Below the pieces are notes generated by a model. The model made no database searches, was not told the origin of the DNA, and saw only the letters and a list, made by a program, of their open reading frames with translations. Below, in pieces: positions 26,777-41,598 of a stretch of DNA of 64,000 nucleotides. Both the position numbers and the translations under genes were made by a program. Source of the stretch: Octopus vulgaris (taxonomy: Eukaryota); the NCBI GenBank assembly GCA_951406725.2, contig OX597816.1, positions 79,980,001-80,044,000 on the forward strand. Reading direction: 5' to 3'. Each line of letters opens with the position of its first letter. The first letter of the stretch is position 1.

Positions 26777-27015
26777 GAGGCTGCGAGCTAGCAGAAACGT
26801 TAGCACGCCGGGCGAAATACTTAGCAGTATTTCGTCTGTTTTTACGTTCTGAGTTCAAATCCCGCCGAGGTCGACTTTGCTTTTCATCCGTTCGGGGTCG
26901 ATTAAATAAGTATCAGTTATGCACTGGGGTCGATATATTCGACTTAATCCGTTTGCCTGTCCTTATTTGTCCCCTCTGTTTGTAGCTCCTTGTGGGCAGT
27001 AAAGAAAAAAGAAAT
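26777..27015 (+). mobile_element. SINE family B, full length, with 19-bp target-site duplication
   Basis: B box GAGTTCAAATCCC and A-rich tail. TSD AAGAACTCAACT(G/A)TCAGTT at 26758-26776 and 27016-27034. Confidence 0.88.
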
Positions 27016-27114
27016 AAGAACTCAACTATCAGTTAAACATATTTGAAATCTGATGAGTAGATTATGTATGAAAATACCATAATAAAAATGTTAAAAATGT
27101 TAAATTTATTCAAC

Positions 27115-27170
<56 letters not shown>

Positions 27171-27282
27171 ATTTAGGAATGGTAATTTTGCCAGTTTAGC
27201 CAGTAAAAACACACGCACTATATATTTGGTGTTACTTTGCTTCAGCGTTATTTATTTTTTACATTAATCTTAATCTTATTTC

Positions 27283-27327
27283 GGCCAGAGTTCTTTCGTA
27301 ACACTCCTGTGACCTCATCAGTGGTCC
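27283..27327 (-). ncRNA. Minimal type-I hammerhead ribozyme in a PLE-type terminus next to (TA)n
   Basis: Minus strand: ggacca-CTGATGA-ggtcacaggagtgttac-GAAAG-aa-CTC-tggcc. Confidence 0.65.
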
Positions 27328-27568
27328 TTTGTTTTCTTCTTTCTTATTTGTGTGTCTCTCCTTACTAACGGTCAGCCATTTTGTATTTTGTATTCCTGTT
27401 GTATGCGTCTTCATTTGTGCATGTGTATACCTCTATGTGTGTCTATGTTTAGTTAGTGTGTGTGTGTGTGTGGGGGGGAAGTATCTGTAATATTTGTATC
27501 TCCTGTTTATATACGTTCGTGTAATTTGTTTCTGTTTATTTTTATTTTGTTCATGTGTTTACACCTAC

Positions 27569-27623
<55 letters not shown>

Positions 27624-27633
27624 GTATAATATG

Positions 27634-27697
<64 letters not shown>

Positions 27698-28027
27698 GTA
27701 GATGTAAACACATGAACAAAATAAAAATAAAGAAAAACAAAAACAAATTACACGAACGTATATAAACAGATGCAAATATTACAGGCACTTCCCCCCACAC
27801 ACACTCTAACTAAACAGACACACAAAGAGCTATTCTAATGACCACTAAATAAGGTAAGTGGTAAAAAAATTCATAGTATTCGCGTAAGCGCTCCTGTTCA
27901 TACCTACACATGTGCGCTCGCACACGCACGTCATTAATGGTCATTAGAATAGCTCTTTTGACTTAATAACGGTCAATAACAGTAATTTCCCTTTGTATAA
28001 CGGTCATTTTTCATAGCATTTTTCCGA

Positions 28028-28101
28028 TGGCCGGATAACTGAAGAGATGGCGGCGTGAATTTCCACCTCGGCATTCGAAACTCGGAGTTTTATCTTGGCT
28101 A
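28028..28101 (+). ncRNA. Minimal type-I hammerhead ribozyme (same family as 12976-13049)
   Basis: gataa-CTGAAGA-g...c-GAAAC-tcgga-GTT-ttatc. Stem III AACTC.GAGTT is palindromic. Confidence 0.7.
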
Positions 28102-28190
28102 CCGAATAATTGTCACATATTACATTTACAGATAATTTCCTCTATTTACATAATACCGAGGTCTCTTTCTTTTGTTATCTTACCGTTTTT

Positions 28191-29358
<1,168 letters not shown>

Positions 29359-29362
29359 TATA

Positions 29363-29660
29363 TCCATTCTTGGATATACTAATTAAAAAAATTAACCTTA
29401 AAATAGAAACAGACATTTTTTACAAAGCCACAGACGCCAAACAATACCTTCTTTTTAATTCATGCCACCCAAGACACACTAAAACAAACATCCCCTTCAA
29501 CCTTGCAAGAAGGATATGCACAATAGTGTCAGAACAAAATACCAGGAACTTTAGACTGCAAGAACTCAAAAACACCCTAATTGACAGACATTACCCAGCT
29601 CAACTCATAGAGGATGGGATCAGACGTGCAACAGAAATCAACATAGAAACTTTAAGAAAA
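29363..29660 (+). mobile_element. Inverted 5' segment of the same PLE (RT thumb region)
   Basis: PFLDILI...TDIFYKATDAKQYLLFNSCHPRHTKTNIPFNLARRICTIV. Its last 31 bp (29630-29660) are the reverse complement of 29328-29358. Confidence 0.9.
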
Positions 29661-29664
29661 ACCC

Positions 29665-30100
29665 TAGCTTGACAACCTGTGTTGGTGTATTTACGCCCAC
29701 ATAACTTAGCGGTTCGGCAAAAAAGGACCGATAGAGTAAGTGCTAAGCTTACAAAGAATAAGCCCTGGGGTCGATTTGTGCGACTAAAGACGGTGTTCCA
29801 GATTGGCCGCAGTCAAAATGACTGAAACAAGTAAAAGATTAAGAGAATAAAAGAATATATATATATATACATATGTATGAATGTATGTATGTCTGTGTTT
29901 GTTCCCCCATTCCACCGCTTGAAAACTGGTGTTGGTGTGTTTATGCCCCTGTAACTTAACAGTTCGGCAAAAGTGATCGATAGAATCAGTACCAGGCTTA
30001 GAAAAAAGTACTGGGGTCAATACATTCGACTATAGATCCTTTAAGGCGGTGCCCCAGTATGAACGCTGTCTAATGACCGAAACAATTAAAAGATAAAAGA
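29665..30100 (+). mobile_element. Two tandem 3' fragments of SINE family A
   Basis: GCTTGACAAC..TGTTGGTGT...TGACTGAAACAAGTAAAAG appears twice (about 29665-29850 and 29890-30100). Confidence 0.75.
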
Positions 30101-30197
<97 letters not shown>

Positions 30198-30423
30198 GAG
30201 TGAGAGAGAGAAAGAGTGAGAAAAATATATTGTGATCGACAGACAGACAGACAGACAGATTGATAGATAGATTTACATGTACATAATGTGTATAAGTGCC
30301 TTAGTCAATGATAATTTCAGAGTAGAAAAGACGAGCGGGCAAGGTGAATAGATTCTTGGCCTACGTGTCAAGAGTCCTTACTTTTGTTATGGCTTTTACC
30401 TAACTTTGTGTATTTGAGATTTA

Positions 30424-30467
<44 letters not shown>

Positions 30468-30929
30468 ATGTATGTATGTATGTATGTATGTATGTAAGTA
30501 TATTAGTCCCTGCATTTGTGCGGAATCAGTATTGTTGGTAATTCTATGACACTGCATGCCAATTTTTTTCACGTCCAAAGAGTTATTTTACGTTTAAAAT
30601 GTAAAACTATGGGGTGGAAAAGGGACAAAGAACAACGAAAAAGTGACAAACAGTCCATCGTCCCCAAAGCAGAAAACAAACTAAGTGACAAACAAATAAA
30701 CAGGCTAATAAGTTTGTGTCACCTTTCTAGAATAACAATAAAACAACAACAACAATAATAATAACAGAACAAATGGTTTTACAATAAGTGAAATAAGAGG
30801 CGGGAAACAAGCATAATAAAAGATATACTCCCTTTTCTGTTTTGCATTTATTTGCGCAAGGATGGCAAAACATTAACTAATGACTGTGCGTCTGTGTGTC
30901 AAAAATAAACTAATGAGAATGAATGAATA

Positions 30930-30960
<31 letters not shown>

Positions 30961-31070
30961 GAGAGAGAGAGAGAGATACCAAGAAAATGCGTGAGGGTGC
31001 ATGTCTTGTTGTGAGAGGGAGAGAGAAAGAGACAGATGTATGTATGCATATATGTATGTGTGTGTGTGTG

Positions 31071-31111
<41 letters not shown>

Positions 31112-31149
31112 TATAAATATATATATATACATACATACATACATATATG

Positions 31150-31180
<31 letters not shown>

Positions 31181-31202
31181 ATGTATATATATATATATGT
31201 AC

Positions 31203-31236
<34 letters not shown>

Positions 31237-31285
31237 GTATGTACACATGCACACACACACACACATAATATGTATATATACATGA

Positions 31286-31317
<32 letters not shown>

Positions 31318-32129
31318 CAGATTATCGTCTCTTGCAATCCATGCATACAAACAGACAGACAGACAGATAGATAAGCAAACACATACACACACATACGTTT
31401 GTATGTACGTATATATGTACGTATGTATGTATATGCATGTGTATATATGAGCGAGGGAGAAAGAGAGAGTGAACGAGTGTCTAGATTCAATGAATAGATG
31501 AATATATGAATGAAAGTAAACGAACTGACAGGATGTGTCAGGTGACAAAACAAAGTTTTTATAGAAATGCCCGGTAGTTTGGGTGGTGAGAAAATAGATT
31601 TGACGACTGCAAGGCTGTAACGATATATCATACAATTGACAGTACATTATCTGCTTAATAGACCAAGACATGTCTTAACCACTCTATTCTAAAAATCAGT
31701 AAACGACATAAGAAATGGTAATTGAAACCTAATACGTAAAACCAAACTGAATTGAAGATTTTGAGTAACTTCAATTGGAAGAAAAAAAAGTTGCTGAAGA
31801 AATGTCATTAGATTTTTAGCTTTTGCATTACATTCACTTGAGGAAGAAAATTTCCTCTTCTTTTACCATCTGTCCCCCCTCTCTTTCTCATCCCTTTCGC
31901 TTTCTTCTCCCCCCACTCCCGTTTTTCTTCTTCTTCCTCACTTCGCTTCCTCCATTTTTTGAACTTCTTAATTTTCTCTCCTTTTACTTCTCCTCATCCT
32001 CTTCCTCCTCCTTCTTCTTCTCCTTCTGCTCTTCTTTTTCTTCATCTTCTGTTCATTCTCCTCCATTGTTCTTCTTCTGCTCATCCTCCTCCCATTGATC
32101 TTCTCTTTCTGCTAATCCTCTTCCCATTT

Positions 32130-32700
32130 TTGTTGTTGTTGTAGTTATTATTATTGTTGTTGTTGTTTTTGTTGTTGTTGTTGTTGTTGTTGTTCTTCTT
32201 CTTCTTCTTCTTCTTCTTCTTCTTCTTCTTCTTCTTCTCTCCTTCCACCTCCTATTCTCTTTTTCCTTCTTTTTTCCTTATATTTCCCCTTCTTTTCTTT
32301 CCCTCCTCCCTTTCTCTTCTTCTTCTTCTTCTTCTTTTTCTTCTTCTTCTTCTTCTTCTTCTTCTTTTTCTTCTTCTTCTTCTTCTTCTTCTTCTTCTTC
32401 TTCTTCTTCTTCTTCTTCTTCTTCTCCATTATCATCAATTATTTATTTGTTTATCTATTATATACATGATGTGGTCAGTTACTAATCAATGTCTCTGAAT
32501 ATTAAAAAAAAAATCATGTTATTGACACGATAACATTTAATACCAAACAGATCGATTCCCGAAAGTTGTTTAACACACATTGCTGTTGTTGTTGCTGCTG
32601 CTGCTGATGTTGTTGTTGCTGATGTTGTTGTTGTTGTTGTTGTTGTTGCTGCTGTTGCTGTTTCTGTTGTTGTTGCTGTTGTTGTGGTTGTTGCTGCTGC

Positions 32701-32761
<61 letters not shown>

Positions 32762-32765
32762 GACA
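32130..32765. repeat. Trinucleotide microsatellites (TTG)n/(TTC)n/(TGC)n
   Basis: Seen directly. These explain the poly-K, poly-L, poly-Q and poly-T ORFs. Confidence 0.95.
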
Positions 32766-33150
32766 TTGGTGTTTAATCCTCAATTCAGACAATAGCGAAC
32801 AGATCTATGATCAAAAACGTGTTCCGACGTGAGCATTATTTTATTCACGCATAACGTTTCTAGTACTACAGAGGGAATGTAACTGAAGGATTAAATTATT
32901 CAATGCATCGCACTCTTTCTTCTGTTGTTATTGTGATTGTTACTATGGCTGGTTATCCATATTAACCGATTATTGGTGATAAAGTACTCGGTCATACCAG
33001 AACAATTTGATGTGGCTCTAATAGGTACATTCATAATTCGAAAAATTTTCCGAGCTCAGTATTTCCTTTCACTTTTTCGGTAGTACTGCTCCGGATTTAA
33101 TTTTTTCCCCCTATATCTCTGTCTCTCTATGTCAATATCGACTCACCTTC

Positions 33151-33195
<45 letters not shown>

Positions 33196-33632
33196 CGAGT
33201 TACATTGCACAGTGAGAAGGATTATGAGGAACCACTCACTGCACCATTTTCTCCGGAAACGGAGAAGAATTGAGCGAGAAACTACCAACCTTTCCCGACA
33301 GTATTGCACATCAATCCATCCAATAACGAATCGATATGCAGTACAGCACGAGGAGTATATATATATATATATGTATGTATGTATGTATATGTATAGCAGC
33401 GTACGTACAATTTGCTCTCTCTCTCTCTCTCTCTCACTATATATATATATATCAGGAAGAAAGATCAAGTGAAAAAGAGACTTGGGTGACAGAGAAAGAA
33501 AAAATCGGCCGCAGTACTTCATCTCTACATTGTTTATCGACTTCAAGGATGAAAAGAAAAGTTGAAATAGGAGAGATTTGAACTTAGAGCACAGTGAACC
33601 GGAACATATCTCGCATGGTACTCTCTCCATCA

Positions 33633-33870
33633 GGCGCGTGGTTTAGTTGTTAGAGTGTTGAACTCTAACAATTGTATGACTGTAGTTTCGATTCCTGGAC
33701 TTGACGATGCGTTGTGTTTTTAAGCGAAAGCACTTTATTTCACATCGCTCGAGCCCGCTCAGCAGATAAAAATCTGAAATTCTGTGATGGAATGGCGTAT
33801 CATCCAATGGATATACGCTGCTGAATCCGGTAAACTAGCCTTATGCGCCTATCATTCTGGAAAAGCCATT
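33633..33870 (+). mobile_element. tRNA-derived SINE family C
   Basis: GGCGCGTGGTTTAGTTGTT...GTTTCGATTCC. Collinear with 2720-2942. Confidence 0.65.
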
Positions 33871-33937
33871 GACCGATTGGCCTTTGATTCTCTCCAGCGC
33901 TGTAACAAACTGTCATTCATAGCATATGAGTATATTC

Positions 33938-33972
<35 letters not shown>

Positions 33973-34279
33973 TGTGTGTGTAGATATATAAGTACTTACA
34001 TAAAAACATTATATTGCATATAAATATGTGGAGATATGGTTTAGTGGCTAGGGCTATTTAGATCGTAAGATCGTAGGTTCGATGGTGCAAAACATTTTGG
34101 ATCATGTTGAATCTCCCTAAGAACTACTATAAGGTTATGCATGTCTGTAGAATGCTTGGCCACTTGCGTTAATTTCACGAGCAGGATGTTCCAATGATCG
34201 GATCAACTGGAACTCTCGTCGTCGTAACCGACGGGGTGCCAGTTGAAAATAAATAAATATGTATGTGTGTGTGTGTGTT

Positions 34280-34339
<60 letters not shown>

Positions 34340-34742
34340 TGTGTGTCTGCATGTGTGTGTGTACAGAAGTTACCAAATACATGTACAAGCTATGTTTAAA
34401 TATATTTGTGTGGGGTGGGGTGTAGGAACTCTCTCATTTTAATATAAATACAGAAATTGATATGAAAAGATTACGGTTATGATCTTCCAATATTTTTTGA
34501 CAATTCGTTGATTCATTGAGCAGGTGCTTTGAAACACATTTTAGAGACTACCTGTTAATGCAATATATAACAATTAATGTATAGGAACATACTCCAACAT
34601 AGATAACAGAAGCTAAAACACATACATAAACGTACATTTGTACATATACATCTACACAGATACGAGTGAGTGTGTGTGTATGTATGTATTTATTTGTGCG
34701 TGTGTGCGTGTGTATGTATACATAAACTTATATATATATATA

Positions 34743-34784
<42 letters not shown>

Positions 34785-34811
34785 AATGTATATTATATGT
34801 ATATATATATA

Positions 34812-34924
<113 letters not shown>

Positions 34925-35267
34925 TATATATATATGTTTATATACATATATATTTATACACAAATGTTTGTTGACAGTGAGTGGGCCAGCTAAGGCATCG
35001 ATGGCTTAGGTAGCCCAAAATTCGAAGTCACTGTCAACTACATTATTGTATAAGAATAATAAATTTATTTTCTACAAAAGGGTAGAGTAACCCATCAAAT
35101 TAATGCAAAATCGCTTTTATTATAACTGAACAAACATTAATACACACATACACACGCACGCACTCACGCACACTCACACACATACATACACACATGTATA
35201 TACAAACATACACAGACAGACATGCATATACATATATAGACATGTACATGTATATGTCACACACACA

Positions 35268-35307
<40 letters not shown>

Positions 35308-35362
35308 CCCATTCTCTCACATACATATTTATATAAATCGTTTAATGGGTATGAGTTATACA

Positions 35363-35456
35363 TGAGCTACTTCTTTAAATTTCATACTCAGATTTTACAG
35401 TAATTAAGCGGGCATGTATATCGTATCGTACACGAACTGGCAATCATTCAGGCTCA
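35363..35456 (-). ncRNA. Degenerate hammerhead 3' of a PLE GIY-YIG relic
   Basis: Minus strand: tgagc-CTGAATGA(+1 nt)-ttgc...gtat-GAAA-tttaaagaa-GTA-gctca, with a perfect 5-bp stem I. Confidence 0.5.
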
Positions 35457-35559
35457 ACTGACATGGCTATTCCATGAAACAAAACTCTCTGACGAGAAAA
35501 CGTTAAAGGTCCTTTTTTAAGAGAAAGTGCATAATGGTTAAATGAAGAATATTGTAAAT

Positions 35560-36150
35560 GTTGAATGTTTACATCTGAAAAAAAAAACTATTCATAGTCG
35601 AATGTGTGCTAAAGTAAATTAAACTGTGTGTAATCCGGTGAAGGTGTACGTCTTCCAGTTTGCTAATAAAATCTTGCCAAGATCCATACCTCTTGCAAAT
35701 TTTTGATCTTGAGTTCAGGAGGTTGGTGCACTTCTTCAATCTAATAAGGAAGTTTTCTTTCAGCTATACATAGCTTGCACATTTTTTTATCTGTTAACAC
35801 ATCACCTTAGTCTCTCACATAATAGATGCATGGTATACTGCTAACCTTCAGGATCCAGATATTGCTTCCTAACTTCATGTTTTTCTTTTTGTCTACGAAT
35901 TTGAAAGACGACTGATAGTTTACGTATCTCTTTCTAAAGTTAATTTCGAACACTGTAATATATATTTTTTCTTTCAGTTCCCTTATCTGGCAGAACGTAT
36001 GTGACCTCAGCTTCATTGATGATTGAAATAACCACGTATGCCTTGTCTAGTGGGCAAATATCTGAATTGCTGAGGTTGCAGTTTGGAGAGAGCATCTTGG
36101 TTCGTTTACGTGTAATGATACTTTTTTCTTTCATTACTAGAGCCGCCGCA
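35560..36150 (-). mobile_element. Degenerate PLE GIY-YIG endonuclease relic (Naiad-like)
   Basis: CNLSNSDICPLD...SIINEAEVT and KIYITVFE.NFRKRYVNYQSSFK....MKLGSNIWILK across frames. The clade assignment is from memory of the motif. Confidence 0.6.
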
Positions 36151-36964
36151 GCACTAAGAAACTTTCAACGAGCATCTGTTTTCTTATATTATGTCTATCG
36201 GGCTAGGAATATTTTTCCATAGAAAAAAGGAAAGAAGCACCTTGTCTTTAAAGCCACTGTTGACCTGAGTCCAAAATATATACCATGAAAGCATAAAATT
36301 ATTGGTTTTATCCTCCTTATATCCTAGGTGTGACAATTTTGTCATCTGACTTCAGCTAACTAAGAGTCGTCCAAGGATTTTTCGCAGAAGACGGAAAACC
36401 ATTGGTAAGATGAATTCTCTTTTTCTCCCGAAGTTAGAAAAAGAACTTCAATCGGTTTTTGTCAATTGAATCTCGTACACAGTTTTTGCTTTTTTAAAAA
36501 ATTTGAATTCCGATTAGTTGTTCTCTCTGCTCTATAAATATACATATCTTCCTCCAACCCACTTTTTTCTCTTTTTCATCATACTAGGATATTCTGTTTT
36601 TTCATTCTTCTTCTCTCCAACTCTACCACAATGTTTCTCTCCTTTACCACAATGTTTCTCTCGCCATTCTAACCGTAACATCCATAGTCATACGCCGTTC
36701 ACTTATATGGTTTTGGTTTCCGACCTCATAAAAAATGGCTTTCTACACTATGCTTTGATAACTACGATTAACTTTTGTCAGCGAACAGTTTACAATTTGC
36801 TGGCTAATGTCATTTCGTACTTACTACAGTTTCTCTAATTTTTTCGTCGTTCTGATGTACATTTCTTTAGCCTTAACTTTTTCACTGGTCATTCATCTTT
36901 ATATTTCCTTGTCCTTTCCTGTCTCTTCAACATTTTCCTCTCTCTCTTTTCCTCTCTCTCTTTT

Positions 36965-37008
<44 letters not shown>

Positions 37009-37400
37009 TCTTCTTTCTCTCTTTCTCACTCTTTCTTTCTCCTGTTTACTTCCATATAAGTGTCTTTCTTTCACAGATTTTTTTATCATTTCTGTCTTCT
37101 GCCATTGTATCTGAATGCCGTGTCAATGTCAAATTCCGAACATTTTAAATGTTAAATGAACATTATGTTCGTTTAAATCTGAGAATCTTAGTAGTTACAA
37201 GCATTATTTTGACCAAATATATAACAATCTTCTAACTTACAATGGAACTCTTATCGTATCGAAAAGTTTAACCAGAAAATTTCAGTTTTAACTGCTTATT
37301 ACAATTAACTCTATATATTCTATACTTTTTTTTCTATTAAATTTGTAAATTTATATGTATACGTACATATGTTCATGCATTTATGTATATGCGCATGTAC

Positions 37401-37455
<55 letters not shown>

Positions 37456-37488
37456 CATATACGCATATATATATATACATATATATAT

Positions 37489-37549
<61 letters not shown>

Positions 37550-37613
37550 TAATGTATAGCTACTTGTGTATCTGTGTATATGCATACATATATAATACTA
37601 AAAATGCTAAATA

Positions 37614-38029
37614 TCTATAATAATAAACGCAAAATTCTGTCTGTCCGTCCGTTCAGGGCCACTGTATTTCAGTCTACATTTATTCTACATAGACATATTA
37701 TACCCTTTTCGAATCAGGATGATGCCGGAATTTAAAATTTGCCCTTCATTTGGTTCTTGAACATCCAGCATTGAAATCATTGAAAACAGGTCTGGATGAG
37801 GATTTGTTATATGCTAACAGTTGAAAATTCAAATTTTAAAAGAAGTCAAAAAATTTGTGAACTTACAAGCTTTTCATCTAAACTGAATTTAAAGTAATAC
37901 CATATTGGTAGGGTACTAATACATGCTTTATTATTATTGCTGTCTTTAGTTTTGGGCTGCAGTCCCAATTAGCCCTCTGCAGGAGGCTTTTAAGGAAGTT
38001 GTGCGGTTAGAGTGCAGCTTTTAAGCTAG
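37614..38029 (+). mobile_element. Non-autonomous Helitron
   Basis: Starts A|TCTATAATAATAAA with TCTGTCTGTCCGTCCG near the 5' end. Ends with an imperfect hairpin (GTTGTGC...GTGCAGC) followed by CTAG|T. Confidence 0.65.
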
Positions 38030-39064
38030 TTAAAAATATGCTATACTTGAGTAACGCAAACATAAAGCACAAAGCCACAATGTTATAAACAACATATCAG
38101 GGATACGCGACTGAGCTTTACTGGAAGTCCACCCCATTGATATTAAAATCTACACGAGATCAAAAATATTAAACGAAAATATTTAAGAAGAAATGATAGT
38201 CAAAAACCCTAACCTCTCTTCAGACAACCCGGGAAAACCAAACACAAAAATAGCCAAGATCTCTAAATGGAAAAACGCTATTGTTTCCATGTTGCAAGCA
38301 AACTCTTCAAAATCCACCAGAACTATTGACGTACTTACTTTTAAGAAAACCCCCGAGGAAAAGATCCCTGCATGCCAACAAGTAATTATGTGTTTGTATT
38401 TAAGAATAGGAAACTTGAGAATTGAACACAGAATCGTTAGCACATTTCAAGATGTTAGAAATCGTTTAAAAAATGGTGCAAAAAACTGTGATATTCAAGC
38501 TGAGAGTGAAGCTATCAAACACATATTCAGCAAATTTCACTTGAAAATAGGAAGCGCGAATACACAAACAATTTTTATATTCTGTCGTTTTGTTGATCTC
38601 TAAATTCCAAACATGTTCTTCGTTTCTTCGTAAGAAAAACTCCATCTTCTTTATAGGAAAATTTCAAAGAAAGATATCAACGCACGTGCGTGAGCATACA
38701 CAAACACACACACACACACACACACGCACACATACATGCATTATAAGTGCTTAAGGTACATGGAGTAGGATTAACGTTAAAGCATTACTTCATAAAGAAC
38801 TCAAAATAAAATGCAGAGTCGTATACATAGTTACATAGATATTTACAAACATTTTTGTGCATGTGTATGTGTGTGTATCCGTGTGTATGTGTTCACATTC
38901 ATGCACCCTCCCCACACATACACACACACGCACACACGCACGCATATATATATACATACAAATACACAAAACATTTACAACATACAATAGCTCATATGGT
39001 TATATATATGTATGTATGTATGCATATACATATATATATATATACACACACAAATATATGTATA

Positions 39065-39134
<70 letters not shown>

Positions 39135-39230
39135 TACTTACATTCATTCATACATACGTACATGCGTTCATTCATACATACATGCATACATACATACATA
39201 CATACATACATACATACATACATACATACA

Positions 39231-39262
<32 letters not shown>

Positions 39263-40253
39263 CGGGGACAGGTAATGGCCAGGTGCTAGCAATAAATTGA
39301 TTTCGTCTATCACTACGACCATGCGAAGCCTATAAACGACACGTAATGAGCCAGGCTTGGTGATACGTGTGTTTGATTAGAATCAATGGGTGGTGGACTA
39401 TATAAATAAATATAATAAATAACCGAATGCATAAAATAAAATATTAACCCGGTCAAGAACTACAGCTGCCCTTCCCTGTCAAGAATTTTTGTAGATGCAA
39501 ACTTTAAAAAAAAATATTGAATATGTTTATAAATACACATCAAATCTTCAAAAGAACATTGTGTGCACGTGCGCGTATCTATTCATATAACCAGAATCGT
39601 GCACACATACTTATACAAACATGCATATACATACATAAATATGCATAGATGTATGTATATGTATTGTGTGTATGTGTGTGCGTGTGCGCGTTCCCGGTGG
39701 GTGTAGAAGTATACAAATGTGCCTGTGATTGTGTGTGCCTTGCGTGTGTACGTGTGTCTAAATATCTAAAAGGGTCACCTTTTTCAAAGTTCTCATCAAT
39801 AATATATTTTATTCATCCCTGTATATCTCAAATACTTTCCCAAACCTTACGTATGCGTTTATATATTTACATACACAAATGTATACATACACACATTTCC
39901 ATACATATTTATATTAGCGTGTGTATATGTTAACAAAAATAAGCGAAGGTGAATAACTCAGATTGGCCAGTGGCATGCATATGAATAATATACAGGTATA
40001 TAAAAGTTAAGTACTGTATTCAATCGAATTATCTCCGCGTGGAAATGATGTTTTCATACTTAGGCCATAAATATGTTCTACTGAATTTGTTTATGCAGTT
40101 GTTTTTTTACTACTTAAATATGATAGGATGATTGTCATGCTGATGACGCTTATTATGGCCAAAATACGTATCCTCTTATCTCCAGGCAAAAAGCCTGTCC
40201 TTTTTCTGGATACGAGTAACATGGAAAATTTGGAGAAATTTTGACACTTCATA

Positions 40254-40313
<60 letters not shown>

Positions 40314-40682
40314 GTTAATTCTTTCAGTTCTTGAACTGTGGCGATGCTGGAGGATCGCCTTGAAAATGTGTGTGTATGTGCGCGCATGTGAAGATATTTA
40401 AACCTCTTACAGGGATTCTTTTATCCAAGATTCCCCGGTTTAATATATTATATTATGAAGATATATTTCTTCAAGAAATATATTATATAAAATATCAAGT
40501 ATTATTAATAATAGGTTTGAAAACGGACAGGTTAAATGGATATAAATTAATTTAACAATTATTTAACATTGCCTACAATTGTTTCACTTTGCACATAATT
40601 TAAATTATAAAACATATATAATACTATAAGTTTGTATTATAAGGTTGTACTTTGAATATCTTGAGTGGAAGATCTTCCTGCT

Positions 40683-40747
<65 letters not shown>

Positions 40748-41598
40748 CAGTGTATGATAGGTAAATTCTCACCATTTTATATTTTTTAATTTTGCGCATG
40801 CTCATTGCTTTTGATTTTGTCGACTACACTGCATAGTAGAGTCAGTTAGGCACCGTTTGTGAGAAAACCGGCACCATGACGCAGTTCATTCTATCAGAAC
40901 TTGGAAACGACATGCTGTACTGCTTGACATTTGCGCCAGAAGCTCCTATACGAACATATAGTGAACACACAGAACAACCGTTCGCTTGCCGTGACTCCAA
41001 AACATGTACCGAGTGTATTAAAAATAAAACATCCGATCAACATCATGGTGTTTGGAGTGATCACTAGTGATGGCAACGTTATGCCTTCTTTTATCTTCTC
41101 ACACGGCCTTAGTCTCAACACAGAGGCCTACATCAAGTGCCTGGAGGTGGTAGTACTACCCTGGGTCAAGAGAGTGGATGCTGGAAGACCTTATATCCGG
41201 CAACAGGACTCTGCACTATGCCACAGAAGCAGAACATAGTCACAGTTGTCAGACAATTTCTGCGATCACACCAGCCCTAACATCTGGCCACCTAACTCCC
41301 CAGACTGTAACCCCTTGATTATTGTGTGGGGCACAGTTGAGCTAGAGATCAGCAGAACTCTGTGTATCACGGACTATGGCAACATTCACCAACAAGGAGA
41401 CCGACCAGATTTGCAGGCGATTCCGAAGTCGTCTGGAAGGTGTGGTTGAAGCCAATGGCGATTTTATTGAATATATTTGCCCTTTAGTATTTCAAGATAT
41501 TTTTATGTAATTTTGGTAAATACATCTGTTAAAATGAGATGCCAGTGTTATTTTCACTTTTGCGCAATTTAGACAACAATATATTCACCGAACCCTGT
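40748..41598 (+). mobile_element. maT (DD37D) internally deleted transposon, both ends present
   Basis: TA|CAGTGT... and ...ACCCTG|TA. MVFGVITSDG, QQDSALCH and WPPNSPDCNPL motifs. Confidence 0.88.

Noticed and set aside
27045-27085. CTGATGA...GAAA spacing
   Set aside because: Stems I and III do not pair, so it is compatible with chance.
32151-32795. Poly-K, poly-Q, poly-T and poly-L ORFs
   Set aside because: Pure trinucleotide repeats that are open in several frames on both strands.
39290-39390. Minus-strand ATTGAT...GAAATCAAT stem III-like pairing
   Set aside because: No CUGANGA strand was found in any order nearby.
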